Positions 24,268 through 36,717 of a stretch of DNA of 64,000 nucleotides are shown here, one piece after another. Source of the DNA: Octopus bimaculoides (taxonomy: Eukaryota); the NCBI RefSeq assembly GCF_001194135.2, contig NC_069008.1, positions 14,668,041-14,732,040 on the forward strand. Direction: 5' to 3'. The notes beneath the pieces are model-generated. The model saw only the letters and a program-made list of their open reading frames with translations. It was not told where the DNA came from and made no database searches. The translations under genes were made by a program, and so were the position numbers. Positions within the stretch are counted from its first letter, which is position 1. Every line of letters starts with the position of its first letter.

Positions 24268-25515
24268 ATAATAAGGAAAGTAAAAATAGAAGTGTAGACG
24301 TTACTTAATTCCAAGTTGGTATATAAATACAATAAAAGGTTGTTTCCGAGCCTATTTAATTCAAAACAAAATGAAATATAATCCTTTTGAAATCACAAAT
24401 TAGGCTTTTCCTCAGGAATTCATTATGAGAATGAATGGGTTCTACCAACAAAAATATAAAGACCTTTACAATAGCCCAGAAAGGAGCAAATAGTTAAATT
24501 ATGATAGAAAAAAAATTAACCGAACGCCAAACCGATCAAAAACAGAAAAATATATAAATCCACTTTAGCATTGATTCAAATAACAATTCACAATATATAA
24601 ATACTTGTTAACGACATTTACAATTACCGTCTATACAAAACAAAAAAGAGAATAGACAATCAATCTACAGATAAGTTAATGAAAAAATAAACCATTAACT
24701 ACTAAGAATTATAGAGTTAACTAATTAAAAACTAATATATTATCCACTAAAACGTAACCAATACAATAATTCAAAGATTTTAAAAGAAAAGAATGCTTCA
24801 TATTTACAAATGGCTTCTGTCAAGTAAAGCAGAGTTGTTTCCCTGACATGTAAACAAATCAAAACAAGTGAGAATATAACTGCAGCAAAATTCTTTTCAT
24901 TTCAAAATATGAGATAAACCTAAAATTTTAAACAAATTAAAAACTTATTTTTAAAATAGTAATAATATAGATTAAAATAAAAACTCCTTATATTATATTA
25001 CAAATAAAACCAATCTAAGAATAATATATATATCTACACACACACACACACGTATATGTATATACATACACACACATGTATATACATACACGCACACACA
25101 CACATATATATATATATACACACACACACATATATATACATATATGTATATATATATACATTTATATATACGTGTGTGTGTATGTATATATATATATATA
25201 TATATACTTATGTATCAAAATAAGCAACAGGATATCCAGAGTTGATGCAGTACGACCGTTTCAAGTGGCTCCATTTAAATGAACTAGTCTTAGATTTGAT
25301 ATACAAATGATTTGATAAACAAGACTAATAAATTAAAACTGAACCAAAATCAGTGACAAGCTATGACCCAAACAGATTTTTTCCTGATGTCTTAGAAACT
25401 TCTAAGCTGAAGTGACAACAGCATGGACTTTGTCTGCCTTCTTACCTTCCTAGAGGATCTATGTAAAATTATACAAATGTGTCCGACTGATTAAAAAAAT
25501 TCTATTTATATATTT

Positions 25516-25589
25516 ATGCAGCTGAGGACAGCCCTGCATTTAAATTGATTTTCAATTAAATGGAGCCACTTGAAACGGTCGTACTGCAT
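25516..25589 (+). ncRNA. Type I hammerhead motif; partial inverted copy at 25215-25279
   Basis: atgcag CTGAGGA ...hairpin... GAAAC ggtc GTA ctgcat; perfect 6-bp stem I; base of stem II degenerate. Confidence 0.65.
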
Positions 25590-26044
25590 CAACTCTCGAT
25601 ATCCTGTTGCTTATTTTGAAATTGTACAGATAGGACACTGGGCCTCACTGAGGTAATGACAAGGCATCAGGATATGTGGCAATTTGCTGAACTTGGTAAG
25701 ACGCATCAAGCTAAGTGAAATCGCTGTCTTCCACACATACAGGCTTGTCCTTTCAGGTGGCATTGATGATGATGATATGACAGTACGCCATTTCTGTACC
25801 TTTGATTGTGAATCATTATAATTTGTCTGTGACTCTTCCTCCTCCTCACTTCAATTCCTTTGACCTTCCTCCTCCTTCCTTCTTTGGTCTTTCTTGCCTC
25901 CAACAAAGAGCTATGCTCAAAGCATAAAACAACAACTCCCTTCCTTCCTCAGCATCATATCAATACATTGCTTGTGCTATGGCCTAACATTTGTTTGTTT
26001 CTTCTTTTTTTCTGTTTTTTTTTTTTTTTTCAATTGACTATATA

Positions 26045-27600
26045 TATCATCATCATCGTTTAACGTCCGCTTTCCATGCTGGCATGGGTTGGACGGTTTG
26101 ATTGGGGACTGGCAAGCAAGGAGGCTGCACCAGGCTCCAATCTGATCTGGCAAGGTTTCTACAGCTGGATGCCCTTCCTAATGCAAACCACTCTGAGAGT
26201 GTGGTGGGTGCTTTTAACGTGCCACCAGCACAGGAGCCAGTATCACCTGATGATTCAAAGGTACTATTTAAAGAGGTTGGTTATGTGACACTGGTATAGG
26301 CTATGGCTGTGATCTCACTTTACTCGCCGGGTCTTCTCAATCACAGCATATCTCCAGAGGTCTTGGTCTCTTGTCATTGCTTCTGTGAAGCCCAGCATTC
26401 GAAGGTCATGCTTCACCACCTCATCCCATGTCTTCCTGGGTCTTGAATTCCTCTGTTACTGCCTGGCGGACTATGATGAACAAGATGGGGCTGAGCACTG
26501 ATCCTTGGCGAACCCCTACTTTTGCCCGGAATTCTTCACTATACTCATTGCTGACCCTTGCCTTACTGACAGCATCCTTGTACAGGACTGGTACAGCTCT
26601 TATTAACCTTGTTTCCGCATTACCCACCAGATAAAGGATCTGGGGACCCTGTCAAAGGCTTTCCCCAAGTCAACAAAAGCCAAGTATAGGGGTTTATCTT
26701 TAGCTAGGTATTTCTCCAGCAGTTGCCATACCAGAAATATAGCATCAGTGGTCCTTCTATCTGGCACAAAACCGAACTGCATCTCATCTAAGCAGACTCT
26801 CTCCCTAATTAGTTGGGCTATGACCCTCTCCGTGACCTTCATCACCTGATCCCGCAGTTTGACACCCTTGTAGTTATTTCTATCTAAAGCATCACCTTTA
26901 CCTTTGTAGCAGTTGACTATGGTGCTGCTATGCCAGTCATTGGGTATGACTCTTTCGTGAACTACCTGATTAACTAAACAGGTGACTAGACCATAACCCA
27001 CCCTACCAGATATTTTAAGCATCTCTGCAGTGATTTCTGATGGGCCAGGGATTTTTCCTAACTTCATATCCTCAATTGCTTTATCTACTAGGGTGCTATC
27101 GATTCGGGTAGCTGGTCCCTCAACTGGGTCAACATGTGGCAGGCTCTCCTCTCATTCATTCTCCACACTCAGTAGCCTTTCATAATGGCCTCCCCAAGCC
27201 TCTTTCTTTGCAGAATCATTAAAACAAGTGCACCATCATTCATGTGAACATATTTCTCTCCTGTAACATCACAATTTTCTCTCACACTCTGTATTGCAAA
27301 CCAAAGTACTTCAGTTCTTTGGCCCTCACATCACTGAACATTGGCAAACTTCTTTTCTGCTTCTCCCTTGGCTATATATACCTGTCTCCCAGCCTCCCTT
27401 CTAGCTACCTGGTACATTTCCCTGCTACTCCCACTCTTCCAGGTTTTCCAGGCCTGTTTCTTTGCTTTAATGGCCTTGTCTACCATATTATTCCACTACC
27501 ACATTACCCTAGTTCTGGAAGGAACTTTGCACCAGCTGCAGATTTAGTCTGTAGCAGAAAGTAAGCTGTCATATAGGAATTTCCAGTTACCCTCTATGTC
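26045..27600 (-). mobile_element. RTE-clade LINE fragment (RT domains)
   Basis: GPSEITAEMLK...YKGKGDALDRNNYKG...QFGFVPDRRTTDAIF...FVDLGKAFDRVPR; GVRQGSVLSPILF. Confidence 0.9.
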
Positions 27601-28191
27601 ACAAGTCTGTATCTCCTCCTCCCTCTCATCAAATTTCTCAATGAAGATATCCCTAAATCTCTGACCAAATCCTTCTTTTCTATAACGTTTTAGATGTCGG
27701 AGATTACAAATATGCAAAAAAAAATTTATTTCACTCCCGCCTATTCCCCCCTCCCCAATTTAAAATCATGAACTTTTTTCGAAATTTTCAAAACTTTAAA
27801 TATATATAATGAATATATTAAAAGTTGACAATTTTTTTTTTATCTTATATTTATTTTGTATACAAATAATACAACATTACATAAGCTGATAAGTTGTTTA
27901 CTGCAGTGCATAAGGCGAAATTACGGAAATTATGCTATTGTTTCTTTTCTGGAAACTCGCCACGTACCGGCAGCTGATAGCTCACGGTCCATGGAACACC
28001 ACTTTGTGTTGCACTCGATTAAACTACTAACATCTTCGGAACAAAACCTTTGAATGCTGGTTGCCTTCGGTTATCTTCTTCGACCATCACTCACTCCCAC
28101 TCCGTTTGCCGTTTTACTGTCCGTGTTCCGGCGTCACTGAAGAGTGACACCGTTTTATATGTAAGAAAGATGTCGGCGACTTTTAACGTAC

Positions 28192-28652
28192 GTCACCGGT
28201 GTCATTGAAACAAGGGGAATAATTATCAACGACACCGCCTACAGGCTGTGTTTTTAACTGTGCTAATTATATCATACGTTGTAATTATCTCATGTTTAGG
28301 TAGGTGAACGTTAATGTTTGTGCTTAAGACTGGGTGATGTTACATGTTTCAAGCTCGGCGTTCTATCACCTTCATGATTAAATATGTCATTTCATCACAG
28401 ATTTACATCGTTAATTAGTTGTTCCCTATTTTACAGGACAGATAACATGGCTTTTAATCAACAACAAATCAATCAATGAACTTTTCATTCGGACTTTATA
28501 TCAAACATTCTACTGGTGAGTAGAAAGTATATCTACATTACATCTGTTCCACACATGTAAACGGAGATATGATATCTAAGTCAGGAAACTAAACCATAAT
28601 AGATTAACTCACAGACACGTGTCGGTTTTTAAAGAATTCCTCAAGAATTAAT
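28192..28652 (+). promoter_or_regulatory. ZNF-3 upstream block: palindromic motif, CpG-rich flank, putative 5'UTR exon with GTGAGT donor at 28516
   Basis: Homologous to 36261-36717 (ZNF-4); GTCACCGGTGTCATT at 28192-28206. Confidence 0.65.
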
Positions 28653-29786
28653 ATGGAGAACGATAATCACTTGGATACTTCAAACACAAATGTTTTTAAC
28701 AATTTAGATATGGTTGCACAGACTGATATAGATGAGAAACCTGTTCTTGGTGAAGTATTTACTCAAGAAAGATCGTTACAGGAAAATGTTACTGAATATA
28801 GATGTGATGTTTGTAGGAAGACATTCTCTTCAGAACGTGAAGTCTTCACGCATAAAGAAATACACAGTAAAGAGAAACATTATCAATGTGAGGAGTATTT
28901 TGTCTCTGTTAATGTTTTAGGAATACACCAACGAAAACACGCCCAAGTCAAACCGTTGGGCTGTGAAATATGTAGTAATAATTCTAGTCTTATTATCCAC
29001 GTTTGCAGTCACACAAGCGAAAAACCGTTTCACTGTGAAATGCTCAAGAAATCTTACTCTGGTAATCCTAGTCTTATAGTCCATAAACGAATACACCCTG
29101 GTAAAAAGGCCTATCACTGTGAAATCTGTGGAGAATGTTTCTGTCAGAAATCTAAGATGACTTTACATAAATATAGTCACACTGGAAAGAAGCCATTCTA
29201 TTGTGATATATGCGGGAAATGTTTTGTGAGGAAGTGTACTTTATCAACACACACAAAAATTCACACTGGAGAGAAACCCTGGCACTGTGAAATATGTGAG
29301 AAGTCTTTTGCGAAATCTAGCCATTTAAGCAGGCATAAATTAACACACACTGGAGAAAGACCTTTCCCTTGCAATATATGTGGGAAGTCTTTTATTACTA
29401 ATGATAACTTAAAAACACACAAGATGATACATACTGGAGAAAAACTATTTCGCTGTGAAATATGTGAGAGATCTTTTGTCTCTAATACTCATTTAAGCAG
29501 ACACAACAGGATACATACTGGCGAGAAACCCTTTCATTGTGAAATTTGTGGGAAATGCTTTGCCTCTAACAGTGATTTAAACAGGCATAAAAGAATCCAC
29601 ACTGGAGAAAAACCATTCCATTGTGAAAAATGTGGGAAATCATTCTCTGATAATTCTAATCTTGTTGGTCACATCCGCAGTCATACTGGGGAAAGACCTT
29701 ATCATTGTGAAACTTGTGGGAAATGTTTCGTGACCAGTAGTCACTTAAAAAGACACATACAAACACATACTGGAAAGAAGACTTGA
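28653..29786 (+). CDS. Poly-C2H2 zinc-finger protein (ZNF-3), 377 aa, 9 intact and 3 degenerate fingers
   Basis: Open ORF; fingers 2-4 are damaged by in-frame deletions and a Cys-to-Leu change; the remaining fingers are canonical. Confidence 0.93.
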   Translation: MENDNHLDTSNTNVFNNLDMVAQTDIDEKPVLGEVFTQERSLQENVTEYRCDVCRKTFSSEREVFTHKEIHSKEKHYQCEEYFVSVNVLGIHQRKHAQVKPLGCEICSNNSSLIIHVCSHTSEKPFHCEMLKKSYSGNPSLIVHKRIHPGKKAYHCEICGECFCQKSKMTLHKYSHTGKKPFYCDICGKCFVRKCTLSTHTKIHTGEKPWHCEICEKSFAKSSHLSRHKLTHTGERPFPCNICGKSFITNDNLKTHKMIHTGEKLFRCEICERSFVSNTHLSRHNRIHTGEKPFHCEICGKCFASNSDLNRHKRIHTGEKPFHCEKCGKSFSDNSNLVGHIRSHTGERPYHCETCGKCFVTSSHLKRHIQTHTGKKT

Positions 29787-31123
29787 AACTGTGAAACATG
29801 AGAAAGCTTTCTTTTAAAGATCTAAACTTATTGTCTTACTGGTGAAAAACGTTGAAACTAGTTCTGTTTGAATTAAGACATACTTGCCAGGCATGTTTCC
29901 ATGGAAGGTTGGAAGTGAATAAGACTGCTCATTTGTCGGTAACACTCAATGCACATATATACATGTTAGAAAAAAAGGCTCTCGTCTTAGTTAACAGAGT
30001 GGATATATTGTTATAAATACAGAGGAATGTCAGTTTACAAAGGCTTCTCATCTCAAACAAATTGGTCTGCAATTTTTTGAACATGAAACATCTCAAGTGA
30101 TGAACAGTGTCTTGAGTAACGAACATGCAAGCCGGCAACTGTGTGCATTTGTATATTTCACAATTAGGTGGCAAATTTTATGTGCATTCCTTAACTTGCA
30201 ATGAAAGAAAAAACATGATGGAGTGGGGTTAATACTTATATCTTGGGCAAATTTTCATGCATGAGGGCAGGAACAAATAACTTCACTTTTACAGTTTAAT
30301 TTGGTGCCTAGTTAGAGAGAATTTTTTTAACATGATCTTTTTTTTTTTTCAACCAAGCAGAGCTTGTACCTCCTACTGTGATTAAAGTTTTCCAGTATCT
30401 CCATTTGATGCTGCAATGTGCAACATTTTCTTTCAATGTTTATATATGCCATGCTACAGATATGGCATTTCACCTCTTTCGGATAGTAAATGAGGACTTG
30501 TAGTTGATGAATCTTCTCCTGAAAGGACCTTCTGTCATATGCATATACAAGGAGATGCTAAAAAGTTTCTGGCTTTGAGTAAAAGAAAATACAGTAAGAT
30601 CAGTTAATTATGATTTTATTCCACAAATTCACACACTTATTGCAGTGGTCCTTCAGTGTTTCTAAGATCTGTAAAAGAACTCGGAAGGTTGGACCTCCTT
30701 TCACGATACCGTTAAAGCCATGAACTTTTCAGCACCCCCTCATACTTTGGCACATCTGTCGCTTCATTGCGATTCTTTGACACTATCTATACCTGATATA
30801 CAATGGTTTCTGTATTGCAATGGCTGTTTAGAGGACATGTTTCCTTACTTCTGTATGATCATCCTGCCTCTATTTCAGGCTTGGGCTTAGAATCATTTTA
30901 TTTATGCTAGTAACCTAGCTAAGTTGTATCTATTAGATATTTTCCTGTATCTGTGTTTCGAGGGAGCATTTATCAATTAAACCACAGAAGATGGGGTGAA
31001 AAACCACATGATTTTATGATGGTTTTTCCCCTGTTGAGGTTAGTCAGGCATGTATCCAGTCTTTTCTTGACAGCCACTGCTTTTGGTGGTACAAGTTGTC
31101 TGCATACTATTACAACTACCAGT

Positions 31124-31472
31124 GGAGGTGCAATGGCCCAGTGGTTAGAGCAGCGGACTCAGAGTCATAGGATCGCGGTTTCGATTCCCAGACCGGGCGT
31201 TGTGAGTGTTTATTGAGTGAAAACACCTAAAGCTCCTTGAGGATCCGGCAGGGGATGGTGTACCCTGCTGTACTCTTTCACAACTTTCTCTCACTCTTAT
31301 TTCCTGTTTCTGTTGTGCCTGTAATTCAAAGGGTCAGCCTTGTCACGCTGAATATCCCCGAGAACTATGTTAAGGGTACACGTGTCTGTGGAGTGCTCAT
31401 CCACTTGCACGTTAATTTCACGAGCAGGCTGTTCTGTTGATCGGATCAACTGGAACCCTCGACGGAGTGCCA
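31124..31472 (+). mobile_element. tRNA-derived SINE with TSD
   Basis: A box tggcccagtgg, B box ggtttcgattccc; 13-bp flanking duplication tattacaactacc (31108-31120 and 31480-31492); related copies at about 37925-38215 (-) and 15380-15560. Confidence 0.85.
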
Positions 31473-31675
31473 TCAACAATATTACAACTACCACCAGTGC
31501 TGTCAGATTTTCAGAGAACAGAATCATGACAATTCTATCATTTATCTCTGGCATATACAGGTGCTTACACTTATCAAGTATTCCCTCTAAACTTACAGTA
31601 CCTACGTGATTCACATTGTCTTTTGGATTGGATTTTACATACCCACGGCAACCTTTAATACTTGATGAATAAACA

Positions 31676-32330
31676 ATGAAACAAAGGATTAACACCAATT
31701 TCTCTCCCAAAGACATCCCACTACACACCGAAGACACATACATGACGTCTCTTATCCATAGGACTACGGATTTCCTTAGAAGGATTAGATGGGCCGCTTA
31801 CCACTTTGGTAATAGGAAAAAACATAGCTCAAACAGTAACCAGGATGACACAGTATATAAAAAACTTTTCAAAAGTAGAAGAAACCCTCCACCGAATTAT
31901 GCATTAGAGAATTTCAAGAAAGACATCCTTGAATTTATTGGAAAAATTAAATTTAGAAAGCATAACACCTTTATGAACAACCACTTGAGGAATTTAAAGC
32001 AGTTTATATACTCACTTAAAAATGAAGACAGTCTAATTATACCTGCTGACAAAACTGGTAATTGGTATAGATTAGACTATAATTATTAATTATGAATCAC
32101 TCATAATGAAGGCGCTACATAAATATAAAGCTACTTCAATAGAAAACCTGAAGGAAATCATTAACAAAATCAGAAGTAATGGCCATGCTAGCTAGATCTA
32201 CTGAAAAGGACTGAACCTCTCGTCCCTCAGGAACTGCGGATTAATATTAAAGACCACAAAAAAGATTCCCGGAAAACATAGCAGTGAGGCTAATATGCCC
32301 AACCAAGGTTGGGATCAACCAGGCCTTTCT
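31676..32330 (+). mobile_element. Penelope-like element, 5' ORF fragment
   Basis: NFSPKDIPLHTEDTYMTSLIHRTTDFLRRIRWAAY...IIPADKTGNWY, homologous to the 8972 element. Confidence 0.8.
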
Positions 32331-32514
32331 TGATATCCTTAAAGCCAGGAACTTTTGAGCACACCCCACCCCTCATATGTAAATTCCATCTGTTTTCTTT
32401 TTAATATCACATATCTGAATTTCATGTTGATAACGAATACCACTCATTAGATTATGCTAAAAAAAAAAAAGTGATAATCAAAGTGAAATGAAGGGGTCTC
32501 ACTTGGATGAATGA

Positions 32515-33290
32515 GTGGAATTCTATTTTAAGCACCCCATTATGACCCCTCTTAACTTTTATTTTTTGGAATTTTCAGAAAATTTTTACGAATTTCAAAA
32601 ATATTTTATTTACTTTAAAAATATACGTAAAAAAGGGGGAGGAGGCAAAGCAGCGGAAGAAGGAGGGGATGGGCCATGGGCCCTATATCCCAGAACGAGG
32701 GGTGCTCAGACTCGCCCTGCATTAATGACAGTGATGGCATTGCCACGGAGAATGGCCAGCAACACTACCTGCAGTAACCACTGTATCTTGCAGGACTGAT
32801 TTCTCCGACAGGCCACTACTATCCCTATTTTGCATAAGAAATCGGTGGCACAGGATCCTAGAACACCTGATGTCTCGACGTAAACCTGTACAAACTGATA
32901 ATGGCTGGCCAGGCTCCTGTAGTTATTGATTTTGCGAATTTGTGCTGTGTTATACACGCGGAAATTCATAGGAACTTTAAATACAGACAGTCCGAAGTTT
33001 TTGCTTAAATCCCAACAATAGACCATTAAATGAGTTTATGCAGAGAAAGGTATTGAAAAACATCAATGCATTAGACACAAACAAATGAGGAGGTCATGAG
33101 ATATGCTAACAATAACAGCTAAATACCCTTTATATCAATCACGCACAATTTTTTTTTTTTTTTTTTACATATTCGTATGAATTCCCGTGTGTATAATACA
33201 GATTCAGAAAAATTTTCTGAATATTCCAAAAAATATTTTTAAAAAGTTACGAAGGGTTGTAAGGGATGCTTAAATCAGAAATTCCGCCGA
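32515..33290. mobile_element. Foldback/MITE with inverted arms (about 32515-32600 and 33200-33290); related partial copy at 2550-2787
   Basis: ttttttggaattttcagaaaattttt arm versus its reverse complement; agacagtc..aaatccca.caa.agaccattaaatg shared with 2738-2783. Confidence 0.6.
32620..32955 (-). mobile_element. 3' fragment of a different CRE-like element
   Basis: RKINNYRSLASHYQFVQVYVETSGVLG...QWLLQVVLLAILRGNA. Confidence 0.65.
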
Positions 33291-33717
33291 TGAATGTCTG
33301 TCTAGGCATTACAGAATTTAGATGTTTTTCTTAAAGATATGAGTGGTAGATATCTTCTATAGAAAATGTGTGTTATATTACCTTTTTATGACCACATTTC
33401 TGGTGAAATAAACCGAATTTGTTTCTATTAATTTTGAAAACGAAGAATTTAGTAAAATAACTCTGTCATGACTAAATTAGTATTTGGGACGTAAATTAAC
33501 CTAAAATCAAAAAGGGTTTCACAACACAAATATTGAAATTATTATCTCCCCTCGTTTATTTCCAAATGTTTTCCGGGGATTTCCTTGGTAACCAAGTTGT
33601 GATATATTTTTATTTTTACCTTTTGTTTAGTCTATTTGAATATTTCTGTTTAAAAAGGAATATCTTCTACATTGATGTCATAAAGAGATGTTTGTTTGAA
33701 AAGAAGGTTAATGTTTA

Positions 33718-33935
33718 CTTTAACACCCGGCCACCAAAAAAGAAAAAAGTGTGTATTGAACTAATATATAAACAAAAATTGACTAATATATAACCCTAAC
33801 ACCCTAGTGAAAATCGTGCGGGTGTTAATCTAAAAATTTACCCAAAAATTTTCTGAAAGTCGTCTCCCGACCTCTCGGTTCGTTGGCGCAAATATTTGTT
33901 TTCATATTCGTTTAATACACATTTTCATACCTATT

Positions 33936-33981
<46 letters not shown>

Positions 33982-33997
33982 TGGCCAGGTGTTAAAG
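33718..33997. mobile_element. TA-flanked MITE containing a 43-nt poly(T)
   Basis: TA|ctttaacacccggccac ... gtggccaggtgttaaag|TA. Confidence 0.75.
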
Positions 33998-34838
33998 TAA
34001 TATTAACCGAAAATAATGGACAAAATATCAAGTTTTGCAGGTCTAAATAAAAATCGGTTTTCTTGCCAAATAAACATGCAATATATATTCATTCTTCATT
34101 CGTTTATTATTGTTCTTATTTTATCTCAAGTCTCCCCACCCTTTTTTTTTTTTCAAATCTATTCTGAATTCATATTATTGAAATACATTACTTTGTGTTG
34201 TGAATGCGCGAGCGCACATATATTTGTTAATTAATATTTAGCGGAAGCAACAAAGTGACTCAGTGTCCGAGAGTTTCGTCCATTGGCACTTATTTGTCAA
34301 ACTAATTACAGATCGAAAAGTTGTGGGTTTACATATAGCGGATGAGAGTTATATTTCCCTCTGGACTGTTCTAGATCGAATTTCAAATCAAAACAATGTC
34401 ATGTTATGTCGTTCAATTGAGTAAATTCATAGATAAAGAAATACAGAAACATGCATCATACAGTCTATTTTTCATCCTGAGCCCCATAAAGATTCGATGA
34501 CTACGCCTCTCGTGGAGCAAGAATCTCATTTTATACAGACTTTGATGCTGAATATCTTTAAAACTAATCAGAGTATTTGACTGAAACTGGCTACTTTGGG
34601 AACTTGAATACATTCTGTCAGAATCTGCTACGAAAATTACTCTATCGCCCTTCATTTTCAAGCTATTGCCCTTTCAAATATGAACCTTTCCACAAGCAAG
34701 ATTTTTTTTTTTTTTAATGAAGATTCACCCCACCCATGATGCCAAGACATCTAATACAAGCAAAATTCTGCCGAGTTTCTTCAATTTGAGAACAAATCTG
34801 TCCATAATAGGAATATTGACAAACAGATTTCAGATTTA

Positions 34839-36260
34839 TCATGTTCCACTGTTTAAAGTCTTTCTGTTTGCATGTATTTGTTTGTGTCTTTTTAAGTTTC
34901 TGTTCGTCCCAAAAGATTTCCCACAGATATCACAATGATGAGGTCTTTCTCCAGTATGACTGCGTACATGACCGACAAGATTAGAATTATCAGAGAATGA
35001 TTTCCCACATACTTCACAACTAAAGGGTTTTTCTCCAGTGTGGATTCTTTTGTGTTTCTTTAAATCACCGTTAGAAACAAAACATTTCCCACATATTTCA
35101 CAATGAAAGGGTTTTTCTCCATTATGTATCTTTTTGTGTCTGTTTAAAGTACTATTAGAGACAAAAGACTTCTCACAAATTTCACAGCTAAATAGCTTTT
35201 CTCCAGTATGCATCATCATGTGTTTTTTTAAGTGACCGTTAGTAATAAACGATTTTCCACACTTTTCACAATAACAGAGATTTTCTCCAGTGTGTATTCG
35301 TCTGTGAGATGTAAAATCACTTTTAGCAACAAAATTTTTCCCACATATTTCGCACTGCCAGGGTTTCTCACCAGTATGCACTGATTTGTGAGTATCTAAG
35401 CAGCTATATTTCACAAAAGCTTTCCCACATATTTCACAGTGCCAGGGTTTCTCTCCAGTATGTGTCATTTTGTGAACGATAAGATTCGATTTCTGGATGA
35501 AATTTTTCCCACATATTTCACAGTGGTGAGGTTTTTCTCCTGTGTGTATTCTCTCGTGTGTTGATAAATTACTCTTCTTCACAAAACATTTCCCACATAT
35601 GTCACAATGAAACGGCTTCTCTCCCGTGTGACTACGTTTATGTACAGTCAACTTACATTTCTGATTGAAACATTCTCCGCAAATTTCACAGTGATAGGAC
35701 TTATCTCCACTGTGTAGTCGTTTATGAACTACAAGACCAGAATTACCAGAGTAAGATTTTCCGCACATTTCACACTGAAACGGTTTTTCTCCAGTGTGAC
35801 TACGTTTGTGGAAAACAAGATTAGAATTATTTATAAACGACTTTCCGCATATTTCACAGGGGAAGGGTTTATCTCCAGTATGTATTCTTTTGTGTGTGGT
35901 TGAATTACTCTTGTTGACAAAACATTTCCCGCATATGTCACAACGAAACGGCTTCTCTCCAGTGTGACCACGTTTATGCACGGTCAGCTTCCATTTCTGA
36001 TTGAAACATTTTCCACATATTTCACAGTGATAAGTCTTATCTCCAGGGTGTATTTCTTTATGCTTCAAGACATCATATTCCGAAGAGAATGACTTCCTAC
36101 AAACATCACATCTATATTCAGTAATATTTCCCTGTAACGATCTTTCATTAGAAAATGTTTCATTAAGAACAGGTTTCTCACCTTCGTCTGTTTCTCTAAA
36201 TGTTTCTATATCACTAAAAACATTTGTGTTTGAAGTATCCAAATGATTGCTATTCTCCAT
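34839..36260 (-). CDS. Poly-C2H2 zinc-finger protein (ZNF-4), 473 aa, 15 fingers; paralog of ZNF-3
   Basis: 15 fingers; N-terminus MENSNHLDTSNTNVF vs MENDNHLDTSNTNVF in ZNF-3; about 450 bp of upstream homology with ZNF-3. Confidence 0.95.
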   Translation of the reverse strand: MENSNHLDTSNTNVFSDIETFRETDEGEKPVLNETFSNERSLQGNITEYRCDVCRKSFSSEYDVLKHKEIHPGDKTYHCEICGKCFNQKWKLTVHKRGHTGEKPFRCDICGKCFVNKSNSTTHKRIHTGDKPFPCEICGKSFINNSNLVFHKRSHTGEKPFQCEMCGKSYSGNSGLVVHKRLHSGDKSYHCEICGECFNQKCKLTVHKRSHTGEKPFHCDICGKCFVKKSNLSTHERIHTGEKPHHCEICGKNFIQKSNLIVHKMTHTGEKPWHCEICGKAFVKYSCLDTHKSVHTGEKPWQCEICGKNFVAKSDFTSHRRIHTGENLCYCEKCGKSFITNGHLKKHMMMHTGEKLFSCEICEKSFVSNSTLNRHKKIHNGEKPFHCEICGKCFVSNGDLKKHKRIHTGEKPFSCEVCGKSFSDNSNLVGHVRSHTGERPHHCDICGKSFGTNRNLKRHKQIHANRKTLNSGT

Positions 36261-36717
36261 ATTAATTCTTGGGGAATTCTTTAAAAATTGACAAATGTCC
36301 GAGAGTTAATCTATTATGGTTCAGTTTCTTGTCTTTGATATCACAGACCTCCGTTTACATGTGTGGAACAGATGTAATGTAGATATATTTTCTACTCACC
36401 AGTAGAATGTTTGATATAAAGTCCAAATGAAAAGTGAAGAAAGGTGAGGAAAGTCCATTGATTAAAAGCCATTTCCCCCTGCCTTGTAAAATAGGGGACA
36501 GCCAATTAACGATGTAAGCTGCGAGGAAATGCAATATTTAATCCTGAAGGTGATCGAACACCAACTGTGAAACATGTAGGTCGCCCTATCTTATTAACAA
36601 ACATTAACGTTCCCCTTAACAAGAGATAATAACAACGTATGATATAATTAAACAGAGCCATTAGTCAGCGCCGTTGATAATTATTCCCCTTGTTTTTGAA
36701 TGACACCGGTGTCGTAC
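36261..36717 (-). promoter_or_regulatory. ZNF-4 upstream block
   Basis: Perfect 12-bp palindrome GACACCGGTGTC at 36702-36713; donor GTGAGT starting at 36399. Confidence 0.65.

Noticed and set aside
31124-31200. tRNA-like sequence
   Set aside because: SINE head: continues into a repeat body with TSD and does not give a clean cloverleaf.
33791-33807. Telomere-like TAACCCTAAC
   Set aside because: Under two units and inside a MITE.
34413-34661. 82-aa ORF downstream of ZNF-4
   Set aside because: No homology recognised and no exon boundaries established.
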